A stretch of DNA of 64,000 bases from Alphaproteobacteria bacterium. Lineage in GTDB: Bacteria; Pseudomonadota; Alphaproteobacteria; SP197. A program made the position numbers and the translations under genes. The number at the start of each line of letters is the position of its first letter. Within the stretch, counting starts at the first letter, position 1. Location: NCBI GenBank assembly GCA_965228895.1, contig OZ245842.1, forward strand, positions 704,001-768,000. The letters run 5' to 3'. Below, one piece after another: positions 61,244-64,000 of this stretch. The notes under the pieces were generated by a model. That model searched no databases. It saw nothing but the letters and a program-made list of their open reading frames with translations, and was not told where the DNA came from.

Positions 61244-62041
61244 ATGAAACCACGTTCGCTCATCGTCATCGTCTACATCGTCTTCCTGATGCTGCCGATC
61301 TATTGGCTGCTCAGCATGTCGTTCAAGACAACCAACGAGATCCTCGGCGGATTCACGCTGCTGCCCCAGGACTTCACGCTCGAGAACTACATGACGATCT
61401 TTACCGATCCGACGTGGTACTGGGGCTACATCAACTCGTTGATCTACGTCACGATGAACACGGTGATCTCTGTCGCGGCTGCCCTGCCGGCGGCCTACGC
61501 GTTCTCGCGCTTTACGTTCATCGGCGACAAACACCTTTTCTTCTGGCTGCTGACGAACCGCATGGCGCCGCCGGCGGTGTTCGCGCTGCCGTTCTTCCAG
61601 CTCTATTCCGCCGTCGGCCTGTTCGATACCCATATCGCGGTGGCATTGGCGCACTGCTTGTTCAACATCCCGCTGGCGGTGTGGATCCTGGAAGGTTTCA
61701 TGTCGTCGGTGCCCAAGGAGCTCGATGAGACTGCCTATGTGGACGGCTATTCGTTCCCGCGCTTCTTCTTCCAGATCTTTATCCCGAACATCAAATCCGG
61801 CATCGGCGTCGCGGCCTTCTTCTGTTTCATGTTCTCCTGGGTCGAGATGTTGCTCGCCAAGACCCTGACGGCGGTCGATGCCAAGCCGATCGCCGCGACC
61901 ATGACGAAGACCGCGTCGAGCGCAGGATACGAGCTCGGGTTGTTGGCGGCCGCGGGCGTTCTCACCATCATCCCGGGCGCGTTTGTGATCTATTTCGTGC
62001 GCAACTACATCGCCAAGGGTTTTGCCCTTGGTCGGGTCTAG
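61244..62041 (+). CDS. Glycerol ABC permease (GlpQ-like)
   Basis: WLLTNRMAP, DETAYVDG, VRNYIAKGFALGRV. Confidence 0.9.
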   Translation: MKPRSLIVIVYIVFLMLPIYWLLSMSFKTTNEILGGFTLLPQDFTLENYMTIFTDPTWYWGYINSLIYVTMNTVISVAAALPAAYAFSRFTFIGDKHLFFWLLTNRMAPPAVFALPFFQLYSAVGLFDTHIAVALAHCLFNIPLAVWILEGFMSSVPKELDETAYVDGYSFPRFFFQIFIPNIKSGIGVAAFFCFMFSWVEMLLAKTLTAVDAKPIAATMTKTASSAGYELGLLAAAGVLTIIPGAFVIYFVRNYIAKGFALGRV

Positions 62042-62053
62042 AGGAGGCGGACC

Positions 62054-62335
62054 ATGGGATTGGAATGGATGGCCTGGACCTGGTCGACCGCCGGATTCTT
62101 TATCGGCGTGTTTGCCGCCATCGCCTTGATGGGCGTGCTCGAATGGCGCTTTCCAGGCGGCGCCGGCCGCCGTGGTATCCTGGGACTCGACACCACGCGC
62201 GGCGACCGGCTTTTCATCACGCTGCTTGGCTCCGCCTTCATCCTCTTGGCGTGGCTCGGCCTGATGGGCACGCCCATGTGGGGCGGTCTCGCCATTGCCA
62301 TCGTCTGGATGGTGCTGGTGTTCTGGCTCGTCTGA
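62054..62335 (+). CDS. DUF2160 small membrane protein (GlpU-like)
   Basis: WMAWT, TTRGDRLFI; GAGGAGG RBS. Confidence 0.88.
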   Translation: MGLEWMAWTWSTAGFFIGVFAAIALMGVLEWRFPGGAGRRGILGLDTTRGDRLFITLLGSAFILLAWLGLMGTPMWGGLAIAIVWMVLVFWLV

Positions 62336-62364
62336 CCTTCGTCGGGCCGCTGGTCGGCCATCGC

Positions 62365-62392
62365 TTGACCGGCCTTCGGGTGTTGCTATCGT
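62365..62392 (+). promoter_or_regulatory. Possible sigma70 promoter for the PhyH gene
   Basis: TTGACC-N16-TATCGT. Confidence 0.35.
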
Positions 62393-62428
62393 TGGTTCCC
62401 GTCACGCTTAAGTCGATGGAGAGTTGAG

Positions 62429-63319
62429 GTGTCCAAACCTGCGATAGAGCATGTCTCCGCCACGACCGATGCCGGCGAGATCGTCGGTATTCTGGAGCGC
62501 GACGGCTGCGTCATCATCGACCGGCTTCTGGATGAGGATTTCTGCGAGCGCATTCTGTGCGATCTCGAACGTTGGATGAACCGTGTGCCGGATGGCGGCG
62601 GCGAGTGGGTCGGCTACAAGACGCGCCGCGTTCACGGTCTGGTCGCCAAGTCGAAAGCGGTCCGCGACAACATCTGCAATCCGCTGGTGCTGGAAATCAT
62701 GGACGGCGTGCTCGGCCCCTGGTGCGACACCTTTCAGCTCAGCGCCTGTTCGACCGCGTCGATCGGTCCGGGCGAAACCTCGCAAGAACTGCACCGCGAC
62801 GATCTGATGTTCCCGTTCGTCCATCCCAGCGAGCGGGTCGTCTACTGCACGACATTCTGTGCGCTCAGTGATTTCACGGCCGAGAATGGCGCCACCTGTG
62901 TCGTGCCAGGCAGTCATCTATGGGATGACGAACGCCAGCCGCGCGAAGACGAGGTCGTCCAGGCGGTCATGCCCAAGGGGTCGATGCTGCTCTTCACCTG
63001 TGCCGTCTATCACGGTGGCGGCGCGAACGTGACGGCCGATCAATGGCGCCACGCCCTCTTCACGTCTTATGTCGTCGGCTGGCTGCGCCAGGAAGAAAAC
63101 CAGTATCTCGTTAGTCCGCCGGAGATCGCGCGGCTCTATACGGAACAGATGCAACGGTTGATCGGCTACCAGGTGCATCGGCCATTCCTCGGCTGGTACG
63201 ACCTGCAGGAACCGCTGCTGTTGTTGGATGGTTATGACGAGCTGTCGTCGGCCAATCTCGACCTCTACGCCGACGGCGAAGACCATGGCGTCTTGAGCAA
63301 GCGTGTCCGGCGCGCCTGA
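62429..63319 (+). CDS. Phytanoyl-CoA dioxygenase (PhyH) family Fe/2OG enzyme
   Basis: LHRDD (HxD), ENGATCVVPGSHLW, YHGGGAN, GWLRQEENQYL. Confidence 0.9.
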   Translation: MSKPAIEHVSATTDAGEIVGILERDGCVIIDRLLDEDFCERILCDLERWMNRVPDGGGEWVGYKTRRVHGLVAKSKAVRDNICNPLVLEIMDGVLGPWCDTFQLSACSTASIGPGETSQELHRDDLMFPFVHPSERVVYCTTFCALSDFTAENGATCVVPGSHLWDDERQPREDEVVQAVMPKGSMLLFTCAVYHGGGANVTADQWRHALFTSYVVGWLRQEENQYLVSPPEIARLYTEQMQRLIGYQVHRPFLGWYDLQEPLLLLDGYDELSSANLDLYADGEDHGVLSKRVRRA

Positions 63320-63328
63320 CGGCGAGCG

Positions 63329-64000
63329 TCACCGATCGTCGTCGATCGAGATCGGCCCCATGGAACGCGCCATGGCGGTCGGTTGACGCCAGCGCCTGTG
63401 CATCCACAGCCACTGATCCGGATGTTCGCGCACCCACGAGTCGACAACCGCTGTCATCGCGGCGGTTGCGCCTTCGACATTGACGCGGCCATCGGGGTCG
63501 CGCGGTAGGTCGAGCGGCGGCGTCAGTTCCAGGAAGAAACGGTGGCCGGGCAGGCGGACGGCGCGTGCGCCGTGGACCGGGCAATCGTATTGGCGCGCCA
63601 GCATGCCGAGGACCGGGTTGGTCAGCGCGGGACGGCCCAGGAACGGCACGGTAAGGCCGCGTGAGAAGTGCTGATCGATCAACATGCCGATATGGCCGCC
63701 TTCATCGAGCACCTTGCGTAACGCGAAGATGGCGCCGCGCCGCGAAGCCTCGAGCCCGCCCATGGTTTCGCGTCTGATCTCCTCGACGATCTGCCGCGAC
63801 ACCGGATCGTTGGGCGGTCGGTAGACGGCCGTGACGTCAAGCCCGTGCCGGGCGCCGCAAATGGCCGTCAACTCCCAGTTCGCGAGATGGGCGGAAAAGA
63901 TGATGCCCGGCTTGCCGTCATCGCGCAGGTCGGCAAAGTAATCGACACCGGACACCTCGACTCTCCCGTTGGGAACGGGATCGTCGTGGTTGTAATCCAT
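63329..64000 (-). CDS. Lipid A late acyltransferase (LpxL/HtrB/LpxXL family); 5' part probably outside window
   Basis: AHLANWE, YRPPN, LIDQ, VPFLG, HPDQWLWMHRRW. Confidence 0.88.
   Translation of the reverse strand: MDYNHDDPVPNGRVEVSGVDYFADLRDDGKPGIIFSAHLANWELTAICGARHGLDVTAVYRPPNDPVSRQIVEEIRRETMGGLEASRRGAIFALRKVLDEGGHIGMLIDQHFSRGLTVPFLGRPALTNPVLGMLARQYDCPVHGARAVRLPGHRFFLELTPPLDLPRDPDGRVNVEGATAAMTAVVDSWVREHPDQWLWMHRRWRQPTAMARSMGPISIDDDR

Overview
GC-rich alphaproteobacterial-type chromosomal window (alpha-type LexA box, GANTC-bearing intergenic palindromes) almost entirely devoted to catabolism of small organic molecules. I saw no rRNA, tRNA, CRISPR array or transposase. Left to right: (1) a TgnB/TgnC/TgnD-like pyridinium-betaine cluster ending in a ThDP enzyme; (2) a LysR-VOC-PNPOx/FNR/ferredoxin redox block interrupted by a cupredoxin/DUF4142 segment; (3) a TfdA/TauD-type dioxygenase whose Fe-binding Asp is replaced by Val; (4) a BVMO/beta-oxidation cluster with CIR/RIME-like repeats; (5) galE and a UDP-glucuronate decarboxylase; (6) a ~23 kb island (26378-49882); (7) a LexA-box-preceded endonuclease III-like gene; (8) a glycerol ABC/glpD/glpR cluster. 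The island holds two NitT/TauT importers, two related LysRs, two ureohydrolases, a type-2 glycerate kinase, an enolase with rewired active-site residues, a LarA-family isomerase with larC-larE-larB, and a three-subunit Mo hydroxylase. It is the best candidate for an undescribed system. My inference is a nickel-pincer-dependent route degrading a guanidino/amino 2-hydroxy-C3 acid (e.g. 3-guanidinolactate -> isoserine -> 2-phosphoisoserine -> PEP + NH4+). All family calls come from motifs and recalled sequences, not database searches.
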